Source: Amoeboradix gromovi X-113
Taxonomy: Eukaryota > Fungi > Sanchytriomycota
DNA: 6,985 nt
Direction of reading: 5' to 3'
NCBI GenBank assembly: GCA_018985225.1
Contig: JADGIF010000535.1
Span: forward strand, 1 to 6,985
Each line of letters starts with the position of its first letter. Position 1 is the first letter of the stretch. The translations under genes were made by a program, and so were the position numbers. The notes under the pieces were generated by a model, which worked only from the letters and a program-made list of their open reading frames with translations, was not told the DNA's origin and made no database searches. This document shows positions 5,187 through 6,985 of this stretch, in pieces.

Positions 5187-6473
5187 ATGTTTCAATTGCT
5201 CTTTCTAGCTTTCGCAACTCAAATAGATCTTGTATTCACTCAAAAAAATGATTTGAAATACAAGTTGACCACTGAAAAGTCTTTTACAATGGATGTTCCT
5301 TACGATTGTAACAGAATTACCGTTAAAGGAAAGAAATGTGGTATGGATTGTTGCCGAATGTCTGTTAATAAAGGGTTGGAATTTACTGTAAAGCAACCGC
5401 AATTAGAATTGCTTTCCAACGAAATTTCTCAAAACCAACAGCAAATTACCATCTTTCGTTCTATCATTCCTCCAATCTCAATTGATATCAAATCTATTAA
5501 AGTGACTGTCAAGACAAATGGCAAAATAGTGAACGCAATTCCTAAGCATACTCTACAATCTGATACAAAAATTGCTTTTGACTTAGTAAAGGACTCTGAT
5601 TTCTTGATCCAGTTCGAAAATAGCAAGTATGGTCCTGTCATTGAACAATACACTCGCAAAGTTTATGTTGAACAATACGCTGGGGTATTAAATGTCTTCA
5701 ACTCGTATATATTAACCAATAAAGGAAGCAAATTAGATTATTTCAATCGTGCTGATTACATGCGTCAACGTCAGCAAGTGGACAAGATTCCTGTTGTCCA
5801 GGATATTCTATTTACTGTTCCAGGTGGTGCTCAGCAGCCTTGGGTCAGAGATGAAGTTGGCAACATTACTACTAGCAATTTTAGAAATGGTAGAGCACAA
5901 CGAATTGATTTAGAAAGTGGCAAAGCTATCACATCCAAATCAAGTAGTTTGCGAATTAAGCCTAGATACCCTGTCTTTGGTGGATGGAAATTTGATTTTG
6001 GTTTTGGATATTTTGAGTCGTCAGCATCTCACATGCTTACTGGAACTTATGAGGAACTATATAAGCTGTTAAAAAAGCCAGTAGAAATTGAGAAGACCAA
6101 TACAAACTCACCAAACTACTTTTATGTGAGTTTTAATTTAGGTGATTTCCCAAAATCATTAACTACAGAGAAATTCAAACTGGAGATCGTATTGCCAGAA
6201 GGTGCACACCATATACATGTACAAGCCAATGTAGACAGTATAATGATTGATCAGATTAGAGAGTTTTCGTATTTTGATGCCATGGGAAGACGCAAGCTGA
6301 TCATGACTATGAGTTATGTACAGCAGGATCAAATAATCAAGGTGTTGTATGCGCAGAGTCCCTTTGATTTGAAATTTAGGAAGTTGTTGACCGTCTCACT
6401 CGGATTGTTGGGACTATTTACCACTATTATAGCAATATCTCGAATTGATTTAAGCTTAAAAATCAATAAATAG
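5187..6473 (+). CDS. OST1: Dolichyl-diphosphooligosaccharide-protein glycosyltransferase subunit 1 (ribophorin I / Ost1)
   Basis: Family motifs RDEVGNITTS (conserved sequon), LRIKPRYPVFGGWK, IVLPEGA, SYFDAMGR and EISQNQQQ. It has a signal peptide and a single C-terminal TM helix followed by RIDLSL with no cytosolic helical domain, as in fungal Ost1. Confidence 0.96.
   Translation: MFQLLFLAFATQIDLVFTQKNDLKYKLTTEKSFTMDVPYDCNRITVKGKKCGMDCCRMSVNKGLEFTVKQPQLELLSNEISQNQQQITIFRSIIPPISIDIKSIKVTVKTNGKIVNAIPKHTLQSDTKIAFDLVKDSDFLIQFENSKYGPVIEQYTRKVYVEQYAGVLNVFNSYILTNKGSKLDYFNRADYMRQRQQVDKIPVVQDILFTVPGGAQQPWVRDEVGNITTSNFRNGRAQRIDLESGKAITSKSSSLRIKPRYPVFGGWKFDFGFGYFESSASHMLTGTYEELYKLLKKPVEIEKTNTNSPNYFYVSFNLGDFPKSLTTEKFKLEIVLPEGAHHIHVQANVDSIMIDQIREFSYFDAMGRRKLIMTMSYVQQDQIIKVLYAQSPFDLKFRKLLTVSLGLLGLFTTIIAISRIDLSLKINK
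6465..6470 (+). terminator. Candidate AATAAA polyadenylation signal immediately before the OST1 stop codon
   Basis: AATAAA-TAG at 6465-6473. The same overlap occurs at two other gene ends (2817-2822 minus; 4108-4113 plus). Confidence 0.45.
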
Positions 6474-6882
6474 CTGATCTCTATCATAATTATGCCTTCG
6501 ATTTAGTTTGTTCATCACATGAGCTTTAAAGTTGGCACGTGGTCCACTGAATCGGGTGTTTCTGATTCAAACATCAAGGTAGCCATATTCAGAAAGGAGA
6601 GGACATTATGGATAACTACAAGCTCTGAATTATGTTATACTTGAAAACGAAATTTTATTTTAATTGTATAATATTGCCGATCTACAAACTTTGCTACTCG
6701 GAGAAGGCGATCCAGCCTAATTTCAGAATAGTTTCAGGATTGAAATGTAAAGATAAAACGAGTCTAGCGTAATGTTAAAGTTCTAATTAACTGCTGCCAT
6801 AATTTAAGGAGAGATTTGCCGTAGGAGTTTCTCCTAGAGGCGAATTATAAGAGAGCTGACAAAAAACTCCTTGAATTAGCTG

Positions 6883-6985
6883 ATGTCTTCTGTTGAATTT
6901 AAGAATACTAAGGATATGTATGAGACTGTAGTTACGGCTTTGATTAAACATGAAAAAGTGAGCACAAAGCTGTTAAACTACTTGG
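6883..6985 (+). CDS. Possible 5' end of a hypothetical protein gene, or part of a decayed element; runs off the window
   Basis: ATG at 6883, open to the window end: MSSVEFKNTKDMYETVVTALIKHEKVSTKLLNYL (34 codons). No family recognised. Confidence 0.3.
   Translation, partial: MSSVEFKNTKDMYETVVTALIKHEKVSTKLLNYL

Noticed and set aside
5205-5659. Minus-strand ORFs 5205-5402 and 5429-5659
   Set aside because: Antisense shadows of OST1.
6459-6473. C-terminal KINK of Ost1 as a dilysine ER-retrieval signal
   Set aside because: Lysines are at -4 and -1, which fits neither KKxx nor KxKxx.
2656-6836. Isolated palindromes and hairpins (ATTTTCGAAAAT 2656-2667; TAGGAG-ttt-CTCCTA 6822-6836)
   Set aside because: Short, single, and expected by chance in AT-rich DNA. 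No array, tRNA fold or terminal-repeat partner was found.
1-6985. Genome-wide alternative genetic code (UAR=Gln or UGA=Trp)
   Set aside because: Five genes read through in the standard code, and TAA, TAG and TGA each end a protein at a plausible C-terminus.

Overview
AT-rich (about one-third G+C by eye), gene-dense EUKARYOTIC DNA, not prokaryotic. It holds five apparently intron-less genes in the standard code: a small secreted Cys-containing protein with an LPMO-like C-terminal signature (355-792, -), a very divergent WD40 protein whose N-terminus resembles the CFAP52/CFAP251/WDR90/EML group (1320-2630, +), a 99-aa His/Pro/Glu-rich putative GPI-anchored protein (2818-3117, -), a dienelactone hydrolase family enzyme (3319-4125, +) and a fungal-type ribophorin I/Ost1 (5187-6473, +). 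Two stretches (3-287 + and about 4330-5010 -) look like decayed membrane-protein genes, and a possible ORF runs off the right end. Short intergenic spacers, 10-11 aa signal peptides and AATAAA overlapping gene ends suggest a compacted, fast-evolving genome such as an early-diverging zoosporic fungus (inference only). I see no rRNA, tRNA, CRISPR array or intact mobile element, and no well-supported multi-gene novel system. The best leads are the LPMO-like protein without a His-brace, the His-rich surface peptide, the eroded cilia-type WD40 protein and the compaction signals.
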